Source of the DNA: Octopus bimaculoides
Lineage: Eukaryota
Assembly (NCBI RefSeq): GCF_001194135.2
Contig: NC_068982.1
Span: 161,377,523-161,441,522 of the forward strand
Reading direction: 5' to 3'
DNA: 64,000 nucleotides
Made by a program: the position numbers and the translations under genes. The notes under the pieces were generated by a model. That model did not search any database. It saw nothing but the letters and a program-made list of their open reading frames with translations, and was not told the DNA's origin. Shown in pieces: positions 1 to 13,146 of this stretch; within the stretch, counting starts at the first letter, position 1; every line of letters begins with the position of its first letter.

Positions 1-2299
1 ATAGCAAAAGTCACTCAGAAATGCCTGAACTGAATAAGTTGAAATAAAAAATAAAGCAAAAACATCACAAAAACTGTGATGTCCTAGCTGAAGTAAACAA
101 TGTAACAGGGACGGATAGGCTATGATATGAGAGAGATATAATGTGGCGAGCAAAGCTGTTGAAATCACAGATGCATGCAATGTGGCAATGTTACATGAGC
201 TGTGATATTGAAATTACAGATACACAATGCAATAGAGATGTGTGGACTGTAATAAATCAATTAATTGACAGATAAGTTCCTTGTAATTGTTATTTTGTGA
301 TTGTGATCACTTAACAAAAGAACAAAAATTCCTTCCTACACACACAATCTTGATACTTTAGGATTAACTATATGAAAGAATAGCTGAACATATAATTCCA
401 TCCTTTAATTTCCTCTTTCTCTTAGGGGGAAAAAAAAAAGAAAAAAGGGATATGCTTAAAGGCAAATTGCCCAAAAGAAAAGCTAACAAATGCTTTAGAT
501 TATGTTATGTGTTCTAATGAAATTTCAAAATGTAATGCATTTAACTTAGGAAGTACCACCTACTTGTTATATGAATATTGATGGCTTATAAGTGTTGGAA
601 GGCATCATCATAGCAGCTAATGCAGCATTACAGTTTTTTGTCATGATCAATGATAGAAATGTCACTATCTTGCATATTAAAGAAAAAAATGCTTATTAGG
701 TTTCTACAACTACAACTTAACAATAATCATGATCTTCTCAGCTGTCAGCATGATTCCTGTGTCATAGGAGGATTGTAAGATTGCTTGCCTGTTTGCAAAA
801 TGTAAAAGAGAAAAGATAAGAGATGATGGGTGGATTGGAAGGAGTAGCTAGTGAGTGACAAAGCCATTTGTGCATGCCCCCCACACAAACACACACACAC
901 ATGCATGTGTATGCAGTATCACATGATCAAATGGAAGGAGCAATAGCACTAAAAATCACAATAGGTATATTCCTACCAGACCAGAAAAAAACAAACTTTT
1001 TATTAGATTCCAGCAGTGGACAGTGGCCATGCTTGGGTTCTTCTTTCAAGGGTTTCAGTTTATCAATCCTAGTAATTATTTCATCTTGGTACTTACATTA
1101 TCAATCTCTATCAAGCTACTGAGTTACAACACACAGGAATGCAACATAAACATGTCTGTTTTAACCAGCATAAACATAAACACGCTACACACAAGCCCAC
1201 ATACATATGACTGACTTCTGCACAGTTTCCGTCTATCAAATTCCTCTCATAAGGTATTGGTCAGCTTGAGATTACAGGAGAAGCTACATGCCCAAGGTGC
1301 TAAGCAGTGATCATGTGGTTGTAGAGCAAAGTTTTTAATCACACAGCTATGATGTACTGGAGTACATTGAATTAGAATATCTTCTTTCCTTCTGCAACAA
1401 TTACTGCTCCTGAAAATTAGATTACTGGATTAATTCAAGTGTTCTGTTGCTCCACATTACTGTGTGTCTCTGTCTATTTTTATATATTTAGTCAAAAGAA
1501 ATGAGGTCTATCGTCCCTTACATAATCCCCTCTCACTAGTGAGATAGATGTAGTTGTTATTTAGTTGGTAACATTAGGGAAAATTGCAGCTATAGGTAGC
1601 AAGGATTGGACAAAGTAATTACAGCATTCTGAGTGTGGGGAACACTACAGTTAGATACCCCCAGAGATGTAGATAAGTTATGCAACTAGATAGTTCAAAA
1701 TATTGGAGTATTGTGGTAGAAAATAAACAAGAAACTACATAACTATGAGCTAGAGATTATAGTCCATTTGTGCATCAGTAGCATCAAGTAAGTTATGTGA
1801 GAAGTACTCCATTGTGAATCATGCTTGGAACTTTTGTAGAGAGTTGGTAACTAATCAGACTGAAATATTTTCTGGTTGTGAAGAGGAAACTCTTGTGATG
1901 CAGCTTTAGCTGTGACATAAAGTCCTTTCCATAAAAGATCATCAAAGATTAAGTTGGCATTTGTAATGGCTTTCAAGGTTTTATTTGTTTGTTGTTTATG
2001 TGTAGGAAAGCTGTAGTGCAAGACTTGTGCAGTGATTGTATCTAAGTTAACTGTTTTACAGAAATGTTAGAGCAGTGAACAAATGCCTTATGGTATTTGT
2101 TCCAGTTCGAATTTTGTTGGAATCTACTTTGCCTTTCATTCATTCTGGTATCAGTAAAATAAAGTATTAGTCAGGCATCATGGTTTGAATTTTAGGGCTC
2201 TGTACAAAATGCTTTGTAAGTGTTTATTCCAGTTCTTTATGTTCTAAGTTCCCATGAGAATGTGTCAGACTTGTTTATATCATAGCACTACTCATAGAA

Positions 2300-3050
2300 A
2301 TGTCTCAGCATGTTGTAGGAATATCCGGTGGAGCTCTAGATTTTCCTGGAATATACAAATGAAATGGCCGAGCAGAAGCATTGCTAGATTGTAGTACTCC
2401 TGTAGGAGGATGTTTCATTAACTCATTATTGACAGCAGTGCAGGTCTATCTATCATAAGATATCTAGGTTACATGTGAATGATACTGGTATGCAGAAGAT
2501 CAAGTTAAAGGTTATTGTTTGCATAAGAGAATGCAGTGTTAAAAATAACAGCAAGATGACTAATGTATACAGAAGAAAATGAGAGAAATTAGTAAACCTT
2601 GAGCTACACTATAGTTAATTATAGGGATTGAAGAGTGTACTATCTATATACACTACAAGAGAGAAGTCTGATGGAATACCTCTCAAGCAAGAAATAGAAA
2701 AGATGTAATTTCTAGGTTTTCATTGTCAGATATGGTCAAAAACTTTGGAAAGTGTTAGTTGGCGTTTAGAGAGGTTGAGCTTCTTACAGTTAGTGCATAC
2801 TAATATATTTCAGTAAGTTGTAATAGATTATTGTAGAGATAGTTCCAAACTAGGTCTCCCACTCTGTGGTTTTGAGTGAATACCTATTTTATGAGTAGTG
2901 TCCTTTATATTGCTGCAGCACAGTTGTCTGAATCACATGCAGGTTTTAGAGTTGTGGGCTTTGGTTGTGAGAGCAATGCCTGGGATGTACCTTGGGGAAT
3001 GGTTTTTAGACACTGATTTAGCTATCACAGATGATGTGGGAGGTGAAAAT
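2300..3050 (-). pseudogene. Ancient decayed LINE reverse-transcriptase relic (CR1/L2/Jockey-like)
   Basis: Minus-strand remnants occur in RT motif order: ...PGIALT (NYRPIALT-like), VGDL, LSKVFDHI (SKAFDRV-like), AQG...LYISHL...SYANN (QG...LYINDL...YADD-like). Many stops and frameshifts. Confidence 0.55.
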
Positions 3051-6000
3051 ATTACTGCATCACAGATATCAATCGACTTGCATGTGCTTGTTATTTCCTT
3101 TGTCTTTCCTACTGAACTCCTTTTCGCTCACAGTCTGTTTTGTTTAACTATAGACTATATTTCACTTAAACACACATAGCCACCCTATTTACAATTGAAG
3201 TGTTTGTTTAGATATGACTTGGATCAAAAGTAGATAACATCAAACTAACACTGCATCTTGTGAATGAGATATTTAATTCTACTTCACCTAATTAAAGATA
3301 TTTTCAATAGTGTCACGATCATATTGAATAATGTAATGCACTTTAGGATCATTATGGTATTTACATTTACAGCTTTGTTTAAACAGCCTATGTGTGTATT
3401 TAGATATACATGAAAATTGATAAAGATGGAAGCCTAATGAGAATTGACTGCTTACTGTTAGCCCTTTGATGTAATTACTATGATACTATAAACTCTCTTA
3501 TGTCCACTTTCATGGTAACACATCTGTACATCTAAATGTGTAATTGCTTTCAACCTTGATACTAATAGCTAAATAATGTGTGAAAACGAAGTTTGTGTAT
3601 CTGCAGAAAACAGTCTGGATAAAACATGTAAAACTATCAAAGCCAGACTGCTTCAAAGTATCCAATAAATGATCTGTGGGTTCAATCTCCACTAAGTTCT
3701 GTTATTCACTTTTGTGGATAGCATTTTTAAATCTGCACAAAAGCACTAATTAAAAATAATTTACAGTTTAATTCTAGCTTGTCCATTACTAAAAATATAA
3801 ATTCATTCTTTATAATCAAATTTGATTGGAAAGTCTTTGTAAAAAAAATATTTGGTTTTGTTGAATTGAATCAGCGATTAAAACTGAACTGTTGGGCATA
3901 TCTGCATGCACGCACACAAAATAACCACATGACCATGAGATGCTGGCATTGTTTTTCTTGTTGGACTTTCAGCAATATCCCTCCATTGGTGGTTGATTCT
4001 AGTTCAGCTTGAAAGAATAGATAAATGAAAGTTAAGATCATAACACACTCTACCTCTCTTCCAAAAATATGGAAAATAAGTGAAAATATTCAGATGGACA
4101 GACTTGAATGTTCCATAAGAAGTCTGCAGGAAGAGAATGCCATATCACAGCACTTAGTTGCTTTCATTCCTGATTTGTACTTTCATTGTTTTTATTAATT
4201 CACAAGAGGGAAGACTAACTTCAAATTATTATAGAGTAATTAAAATATTTGCTTTTTTTTAATAACTGTTGCTTTATTTCTGAGGAATTTTTGAAGAAAA
4301 TCCTTAGTCTCTTATGATTTATTTGCTGCCAAGAACATTTTGACATTTATTTTTATTATTGATGTTTTCTATGAAAATAGCAAGCCATATATAAATTTCA
4401 TTAAAGCTACTAGTGTTTACTATTAAGTTACTTTAATTTCTATGGCATCTGTGATGAAATATTTTGTCTTCTGAAAAGATGTATACAAATATGAAACAAT
4501 AAGAGAAGTTCTATGTGATTGGTTTATCTGCTAGAAATAGCAACCAAATTCTGTTTATACCCTACAGTCTTATTTGTAAAAAACATTTTAAAAAAAGATA
4601 AGCACATTAGATAACGTATGCAATGCCTGAAAAAAAGATTTGGTATGGTTAGAATATTCACTCTGAGCAACTAAAATACAATTAACTCTAATCCAAGTTA
4701 CTTGTATTTCACATGTTTACTAAAATATAATCTCTTTAAGGATGGTCACTTTAGCAAATGTATATTTGTTGGGTTTTTTTTTTTCTTTTTCATTAAGATG
4801 TTGCTCTTTAACTAAAGAGTAATGCTCTGCCATTGGAGCTTGGGTAGTGACAATGCAAATATTGGGTTTTGCAGCAGATTGCTTTACAGCAAATAGAGAC
4901 AACCAGTCTCTTACAGTGGGTTTTATGAAATACTGCTCATTGTGAATGGGACTACACAACTAAAAATAATTTAACTAACACTTCATGTTGTATAGAAAAT
5001 CATAAAATTGAGAAAAATTAAATTTGAATGATCAACCCTAAAGATTTTTTTTTTTAATTTTATGTAATTCCTGTACTGTACAAAAAGACACAAAATGTTA
5101 TATGCAGCCCAAGTGTTGCAGGTTACTCTTGCCTAATTTACAAAATAAACATATTCCTCTTAAAATATTTAATGGTGCACTTGTCCACAGACAGCTTAAG
5201 TTGCCATTCAACAATCAGTTATATTTTGTCCAGATCAGATTGCAAGTAAGTTCTATAACATTCTTTATACCTCAAGGTATAGCTTGGTGACATGTAAAAA
5301 GCTCCCAGCATACTTTGTAAAATGGTTGGCATTAGAAAGGACATCCAGCTGTAGAAATCAAGTGAATTCAGACTGGAACTTGGTGCAACTCTTCTTCTGC
5401 TTGCTAGCTCTGGTCCACCATCCAATTCATGCCAGCATGGAAAGCATGTCAAATAATGATGATGATAACATGCGAGTTGAATAACATCCAGCCATGAGCA
5501 TACCTATGGATGATTCAAGTGATGTCTTCAGGAAATTTAATAAAGGAATTCTTAGTACCTGGAGTTGGGATAAATCCAAATTATGAAGGCAGAATAAGCT
5601 TAGAAGAGTTCCAGAAGTTTCTGGGTGCCTTTCTGACACAGGACTCCATCAATTTGATGGTACAGCTTGTGAGACTGACTACAGTAATTGACAGGTGATG
5701 TGTGCCCCCACCCCCACCCCCCACATTTTGAATGGGGAAATAACCGTGGCAATTTTTTACTGTCCTAGGGTGACACACTTATTCCAGAAGACCTGGAAAA
5801 GTAATGAAAGCTGGAGCAGGAGTATGTTGGTATACAGCTGCAGGAAGGTTTATAGGAGGCACATTTTAAAAAGAAGTCTCCATGGTACTGTGGTGTGGCG
5901 TGTTTATCTGTCATGGGAGATTATTCTGATAGAACAAACAATTGGTATTGGGTGGGGGATTTGCCAATCCCAAAATAGATGTTGATTGCATAGCTTATCA

Positions 6001-8317
6001 TCCATAAAAATTCAATACTCATGAGGCCAGAAGAAGCTAAATGTAGCCCACGTTATATTGTCATTGGAGATTTTGCATTTATTAGATTCATTAGCTATAG
6101 CGAGCATTAATAGTTTCTTAGCTGTTTGACTTTGTTTTCAACCCAGCCATCCTATGTTCAGGGCATTGAATAATGTTGTCTTAAGTACATTGCTCATAAT
6201 TGTAATACTTTTGATCATTTGTTTGCAGTATTTGTCAAACTCTTTGTTTTATCAATCTTGGAAGGATGAAGGATAAAAGTACTAGTCAAGTGCTAGAGTG
6301 CAACCCTCTCTCCCAGCCACCACATTTTGGACATTCTGCTGGGTCAAAAGATACCTTCTTGCAAATTCATGGGTATTAAATAAACAGCAAACTATTTGCT
6401 GCATGTTGATGTGAAGTCATACTCAGTTGCAAGCAATGAGAGAGAAAGAGAGTTTTTTTTTTTTTTTTTTTTACTAGTTTCAATTATTGGATTGTGACCA
6501 TACTAGAATACTACCTTCAAAGGTATAAATTCTTTATATCAACTCTTGTATCTGTTGCCTGGCTCTTATTTTATTGATCTCCAAAGGATGAAACCAAAAG
6601 GGGCTTGGCTAAATATAGCATATTTTTTTAATGTCATTTCTGATCCACCCCCCATACACACACCCCTATAATTTTGATGTTTGCTTGCAGTTATTTGATG
6701 TAGCATATTTATTGTTATTATTACAACTACTGTTATTGCTACTTTTCCGTCTATACATTAAGTATAATATAACCATGAAACTCAGGAATCTGTCTTTACA
6801 TATCTGTTCTGTCTAGACTGAATGTTTCTTTTTTGGTCTTATCTCCAGCGTTGTTTCAACTGTGATGGAAATGTGAGAAAAACTCAAGACCAAAAAGAAA
6901 AAAAATGGGGGTTTGATAAAGGAGAGGGGTGAGAGGATAATTTGACTGGAGTGGTTCCTGATTTATTGACTTGGTGTCAGAAAATAGTCTCCCCCCACCG
7001 CCTACCAGAGGGTGGGGAATTGTTTAGCTTCCTTTCTTTCTACCTCACTTCCCAAAGGTGTGTATGACTGAAGTTAGAAAATAAATAGTAGTGTTGAAAA
7101 ATAGACTGCATAGTTGGCATTCTGTAACAAACAAACAGACAAGAGAATCACATAATGGAGTAGGTAAGCTGAGAGATTGAATGTTGGAAATAGTAAATTG
7201 TCTGGTTTAACACTTTCCACATTGTAGTTCTGAATAGCTGATCATAAGCTGAATGTTTTGTAATCATTGCCTTTTGATAACAAAACAATGTACTTACATT
7301 GCCTGCTGTTTATTTAGATACCTCAAAATATTGACTAATAAAAAGATATTAGTCAACAACTAATATTGCCTTTTCCTTACCACATATTTCCTTTTTCTAG
7401 TTACCATACTTGATGCAGGGAACATTAGAAACTTTTCACCAACTTTTTATTTCTTTTTTGTTACATGTGAATGGCATCTCATAGTAATTCTCTAAATATT
7501 TCTCCATTTCTATGCCTACAAGTGTTCATTCTTGTACAAACAACTTTCTTGCAAGTTCTCACGATTTCTTCTTTATAATATTATACAGACATCACTCCCA
7601 ATCCAGGATACCTTTGCAACACCTGCCTACCTACCTCTGCCAATATAATGGAATTTGATGTTTATCAAGCCACATCAGATTGCCATCATGTTCCCTTCTC
7701 ATTACATATTTAAAACCTTCCTCTCCCTCTTACATCACTGTTATGTCGATACAGATGGACCCTGCAAGCTGCATTATAAATTACTTGTCTATGAAGACAA
7801 TAATTCTAAATAAGAAGGGACTATTTAATTCTCCCACATTGACTGCCTCTCTAGTGCTGGTGGTTCAATAAAATGCACCTAGTTCACACTAAAAAATATG
7901 TAGCCACAAAGTTGGCTAGTTTTCAGTGTTTTTTTTTGTGTGGGCCAGATGATAATAAACACAAGTGACCAGACTTGTCCAGTGCATTCCAGCATGGGAA
8001 AAGGGCATGGAATGAAAATGATGGGATAGTGATGTGGAGTAATATGTAGTGCAAAGCTGGTGATGGTAGCTATCCCTTCCCTGTTGGAGTATAGTATGAT
8101 GACTATGCTAGAGATATGAATGAGAGGAAAAGATATTTTAGATGAAAGCAAGTAGATTATTTTTCTAATATAGAGAACCCAGACACTCCCTAGTAACATC
8201 AATGCTGCTTGGCTCTGCTGGAAAGATCTACACTCGTGAATGATGCTAGACAAGTTGTAATTTCCAGTTGATAGCTTATGAAGGGGGTGTCTCTCAGTGC
8301 AAGTACTTTATAGAATA

Positions 8318-8320
<3 letters not shown>

Positions 8321-8348
<28 letters not shown>
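8321..8348. repeat. (AT)n microsatellite (another at 32545-32586)
   Basis: Direct read. Confidence 0.95.
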
Positions 8349-8352
<4 letters not shown>

Positions 8353-9165
8353 TAAACAACAGCATAAATGTTGGTCAAACCCTGAAATTAATCATGTTCT
8401 GAATAAATGTATTTTAATATTCTTTTGCTGGTTCCAGTCATTGGCCTATGGCCATACTGGGGCACTGTCTTCTAGTGTTTTAGTCAGTTATATCGACCAC
8501 AGTATGTTGTCTCTATGAAACGGCTAAGTTTAACTAATCTGTTACACAGTCCCCAAATACCACAAGGTAATTTTGTTGTATGCACTCATACACAATTGTG
8601 TTAGATAAATGTTAACACTGAATTTTAGAACTCTACAGTACTCAAGTTCTGATAGATTTCATGATTTTTATGATGTATTTGTGTTGGTTTCCATAGTTAT
8701 TCTAATTTTGTGGGAATTCTATTTTGAACTGTATTACTGCCAACCAATGTTTCTCTGTTAAATTTTTTATTTCATTTATGAAATAAGATGCTCTGACGCC
8801 CTGTTAATGCATGGTCAACTGATGTGGAAGCATTGTACTTTAAAAAAAGCATGTCCAAGTTGTAAATTTCATGACTTAGTTATGAAATTTTCAACTTGGA
8901 CATGCTTTTAAATTTTCATTCATTAAAGAAACTTTAAACAAGGACATCTTGCATGTAAAACCTCATCCTTGTCATTGAACAGCCATCTTCTATGCTAGCA
9001 TGAGTTGAACAATTTGGAAGGATTCAGTGGATCCAAGGACTGCACCGAACATTAGTTGATAACAGGTACCTTAGTTGCAGCAGCTGCTAAAAGTAAACAA
9101 GCTACACATCTTGTATAATACAAGAACCAAGTACACTGATTACAAAATAGCAAATATATCTTTAA

Positions 9166-9374
9166 CCCTTTAGCAATCACATTATTTTGTCAAAAGCAAT
9201 GCTTATTCATTCACGTTGTTTTGAATTATCTTCTAGCACTGAGATTTTGATGAGGTAACTTTTAATCTTTAGAATTATATAGTAGGGTTGGTGTTGCAGG
9301 CCAAATCTGATCAATATGAGCATAAAACAGGTAGGATATTTTGGCTGGACATGGCCAGATTAAATGCTAAAGTG
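9166..9374. mobile_element. piggyBac-like MITE (TTAA target)
   Basis: TTAA at 9162-65 and 9375-78. Termini CCCTTTAGCA...ATGCTAAAGTG; internal sequence shared with copies at ~25281, 46456 and 49393. Confidence 0.75.
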
Positions 9375-10277
9375 TTAAAAAAAAATTCATATAACAGAAC
9401 ACATCTCATATATTACACAAACACTAGAATAAAACAAAATAAAAATTCAACATGAAACTAAAAACTATTAAATCACAGAACAAGTTATTTCAGACAAAAA
9501 TTGTGTACTTCATGACTTGTGACATTGGACTCACAAGTACAACACTCTTTTGTTAGTTGATTGTGTATTTAGAACAAGAAACCTTTGTTACTCATTTTAT
9601 TTCCAATGGTAGGATGTGGTTTGAGGGCAATTTGCCTGCCATTTCTAATAACCATGCAATTGCATAGAGGCTTCTCAATGGTTGTCAATATAATCAGAGC
9701 ATTCCTGTAGGTTATCAGGTTGAACTTCAACTCTACCTGGTTAGTCAATAGGCAAAGTCCTGGTTAACATTTTTTGTCAAATGTTTAGCCCACCCCTGCT
9801 TTGTGGGTAGGCTACAAAGGTAACAGGCATGGGGGAAACCATATTCTCCTCTAACTAAATAACGATTATAATTTCTCATGTAGACACAAGATCAGAAGTT
9901 TTGATTGAAGGAACAGTCTATTATACTGACTGTTTTTTGAATGGTACTTTTATTGACCACAATAAGATTTGAACTTGGAACATAAAGGGCTTAATCTAAA
10001 TACTGCAAAATATTTTGTTCAGTGCAGTGCTCTAACAAATCTCAAAATTATAACAATGGTTTTTAATTTAGGCACAAGGCCAGCAATTTTAAGGGGAAGA
10101 AGTTGATTATATCAATTCCAGTATTTGACTGGATGAATAGAAAAAGGGCAAAGTTGACCTTGAACAGATCAGAAGAAATTTTAAGGCCATTCTGCTAATC
10201 CTCTGCTGTAATAATAACAAAACTTTCATTAATAGGATTTTATATATTTTCTTTTTTTCTTTCTCTTCCTACTTTAG

Positions 10278-10348
10278 CACATTCCAGCATAGTTTGGTCT
10301 GCACAATGCCATCCAACAGAATCTGAACAGTTTGCATCTTGTTCACAG
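10278..10348 (+). CDS. WDR77: WDR77/MEP50-like WD40 protein, internal exon (first found in window)
   Basis: Polypyrimidine tract + AG (10276-77) and GTGAGT donor (10349). Phase-1 start reads (A)HSSIVWSAQCHPTESEQFASCSQ, aligning by eye with the human WDR77 segment [24 protein letters not shown] (recalled). Joins the next exon in frame. Confidence 0.85.
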
Positions 10349-11043
10349 GTGAGTAACCAATGTTATGTGTCTCTCTTGTAAATTGTATTGCCCTGTCTTT
10401 GCATGTTGATAGTGCATTAAAATCTAGTTTTCAAATTATACACTGAGAGTATAAACGTTGTATTTTATGTTGTTGGTATAATTTAGTTTTAGGTCAGCCT
10501 TGATCTAGTAGGCTTATGATCTAAGATATTTCCAACTCTGATTGTACTTTTCTTTATTGAGGCATGTTGGTACAGACTGGCGCCAGTTTCTTCAGATTCT
10601 GGATTTTGCTCCATGGCAAATTTTTGAGACCATGTTATGTCTTTTCATTTTTTAAGACAGTAATTTAAGAGAGATTTGAATGCTATTTCTAGTAGATTGA
10701 ATTCTTGTATTAAGGCACTTTATATTTTGAGAAATGGAGTGATGAATGGACCTGGAGTGCCTGAGTGGAAGAGGTACAAGACCATCCAATTCCAAGGAAC
10801 AGAAGCCATTACAGTAACAGAAAAGACTGGAGTGACAGTATACCACTGAGAGGAAACATAGTATATTCAATGTAATCAGTTTTGCATAAAAAGTAGTATT
10901 GGATTTATTGATGTCTGTTCACAATCTGCTATGAAGGCAATGAATTAGTTTGAACAAGATTTTAGTAGATTCTGTGTTCTATGGATTTCAGTAGTTCTGA
11001 ACCATGTGGTTGTAGAATGCAAACATATGATGAATGTAGAGGA

Positions 11044-11047
11044 TTAC

Positions 11048-11080
<33 letters not shown>

Positions 11081-11087
11081 TACTACT
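11044..11087. repeat. (TAC)n microsatellite next to the Helitron 3' end
   Basis: Direct read: TACTACTAC... Confidence 0.95.
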
Positions 11088-11099
11088 GTTTATAATATA

Positions 11100-12731
11100 C
11101 TAGTAGTATAACCCGACCTTGTCCGGGTGTGACTTATTATGCCATCTACGATAAGTCTTGCTAGCTGAAAATCAACTAAAAAAGAAAGCCTTACAACAAA
11201 AAAACCCTTATGATGTAAATATGTTCATAATTCAAAAGATGATGAAATTAATAGGGAAAGTCTGAAAGCTGTTTTGCGTAAAATTATTAAGCATACGTAA
11301 ATTTCATCCGTGTAATTGGCTATAGAAATGCTTGTGCAAAACAACTTTTTGCACTGCCCTGATTATACATAGCAGGGTAATCCCTTTTCACAGGAGCTAG
11401 GATGGCAATTTGTGATGANNNNNNNNNNNNNNNNNNNNNNNNNNNNNNNNNNNNNNNNNNNNNNNNNNNNNNNNNNNNNNNNNNNNNNNNNNNNNNNNNN
11501 NNNNNNNNNNNNNNNNNNNNNNNNNNNNNNNNNNNNNNNNNNNNNNNNNNNNNNNNNNNNNNNNNNNNNNNNNNNNNNNNNNNNNNNNNNNNNNNNNNNN
11601 NNNNNNNNNNNNNNNNNNNNNNNNNNNNNNNNNNNNNNNNNNNNNNNNNNNNNNNNNNNNNNNNNNNNNNNNNNNNNNNNNNNNNNNNNNNNNNNNNNNN
11701 NNNNNNNNNNNNNNNNNNNNNNNNNNNNNNNNNNNNNNNNNNNNNNNNNNNNNNNNNNNNNNNNNNNNNNNNNNNNNNNNNNNNNNNNNNNNNNNNNNNN
11801 NNNNNNNNNNNNNNNNNNNNNNNNNNNNNNNNNNNNNNNNNNNNNNNNNNNNNNNNNNNNNNNNNNNNNNNNNNNNNNNNNNNNNNNNNNNNNNNNNNNN
11901 NNNNNNNNNNNNNNNNNNNNNNNNNNNNNNNNNNNNNNNNNNNNNNNNNNNNNNNNNNNNNNNNNNNNNNNNNNNNNNNNNNNNNNNNNNNNNNNNNNNN
12001 NNNNNNNNNNNNNNNNNNNNNNNNNNNNNNNNNNNNNNNNNNNNNNNNNNNNNNNNNNNNNNNNNNNNNNNNNNNNNNNNNNNNNNNNNNNNNNNNNNNN
12101 NNNNNNNNNNNNNNNNNNNNNNNNNNNNNNNNNNNNNNNNNNNNNNNNNNNNNNNNNNNNNNNNNNNNNNNNNNNNNNNNNNNNNNNNNNNNNNNNNNNN
12201 NNNNNNNNNNNNNNNNNNNNNNNNNNNNNNNNNNNNNNNNNNNNNNNNNNNNNNNNNNNNNNNNNNNNNNNNNNNNNNNNNNNNNNNNNNNNNNNNNNNN
12301 NNNNNNNNNNNNNNNNNNNNNNNNNNNNNNNNNNNNNNNNNNNNNNNNNNGTGTTTTTACGTATCTATGTTATGAAAAATAGGTAAAGAATACTGAGATG
12401 AAAGGTTAATCTATGACGTTGTATGTATCACTTTCTCTCTCTCTCCCTCTCCCACTCTTACTCTCTCTATTTTTATGTTGAGCGCGTGTGTAAGAATTGC
12501 GTTCCAGGTAGAAGGGATGAAATATAAAAGTTGCTAGAAACAACAGCCAAATCTCCCTTAAATCACACAAAGTAAACGGAATTTTAAAAATCTAATTACT
12601 GCACTGGAAAGTTCACATCGAGAAAATTCCATTGATGCAAACAATTTTACAAAAAAGTGGAAAATGTGGATTTCTATAAACTTTCAAAAAGGCTTCACAC
12701 AAACACACAATTTCAGATTTATATATTAAGA
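11100..12731 (-). mobile_element. Non-autonomous Helitron (spans assembly gap 11419-12350)
   Basis: On the minus strand: 5' TC-TTAATATATAAA preceded by A (12731); 3' CTAG (11100-03) followed by T; subterminal hairpin ACCCGAC-CTT-GTCCGGGT at 11111-28. The two ends are linked only across the N gap. Confidence 0.75.
11419..12350. other. Assembly gap (others at 15703-16129, 27885-27894, 56175-56714, 61671-61680)
   Basis: Runs of N. Confidence 1.
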
Positions 12732-12952
12732 TGAATGATACAGGAGGTGCTATGAAACTTGGGTAACTGTAGGAGAATGAGATGTATTTTGGACTACTGG
12801 TAGCAGAGCTGCTGGATATCTAAAACACTGAGAGTTCTGTTAGAGAGTCGAGTTCACTCATCTTAAAAGGTGATATTGAGAAATGATTGTAGATGGTAAA
12901 ATAAGGCAGTGACAAAGATGAAACAAGCTAGTTTTAATATTTAATTAACAGA

Positions 12953-13146
12953 GGGCGGTGAGCTGGCAGAATCGTTAGCACGCCAGGCGAAATGCTTAGC
13001 GGTATTTTGTCTGCCGTTATATTCTGAGTTCAAATTCCGCTGAGATCAAAGTACCATTTACGCACTGGAGTCGATGTAATCAACTTAATCTCTTTGTCTG
13101 TCCTTGTTTGTCCCCTTTATGTTTAGCCCCCTGCAGACAATAAAGA
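12953..13146 (+). mobile_element. tRNA-derived SINE (family B) with perfect 17-bp TSD
   Basis: Head GGCGGTGAGCTGGCAGAATCGTTAGC (A-box-like) and GAGTTCAAATTCC (B-box). TSD AATATTTAATTAACAGA at 12936-52 and 13147-63. Internally deleted relative to the 17662 copy. Confidence 0.85.

Noticed and set aside
1-10277. Search for the preceding WDR77 exon (IKVWD-like, ending in phase 1)
   Set aside because: Candidate donors (e.g. ~1787, ~2815, ~7164) lack a suitable acceptor and peptide; the exon probably lies upstream of the window.
11402-12386. Long ORFs in the track spanning N runs (also 15613..16248 and 56000..56835)
   Set aside because: They consist almost entirely of X from assembly gaps.
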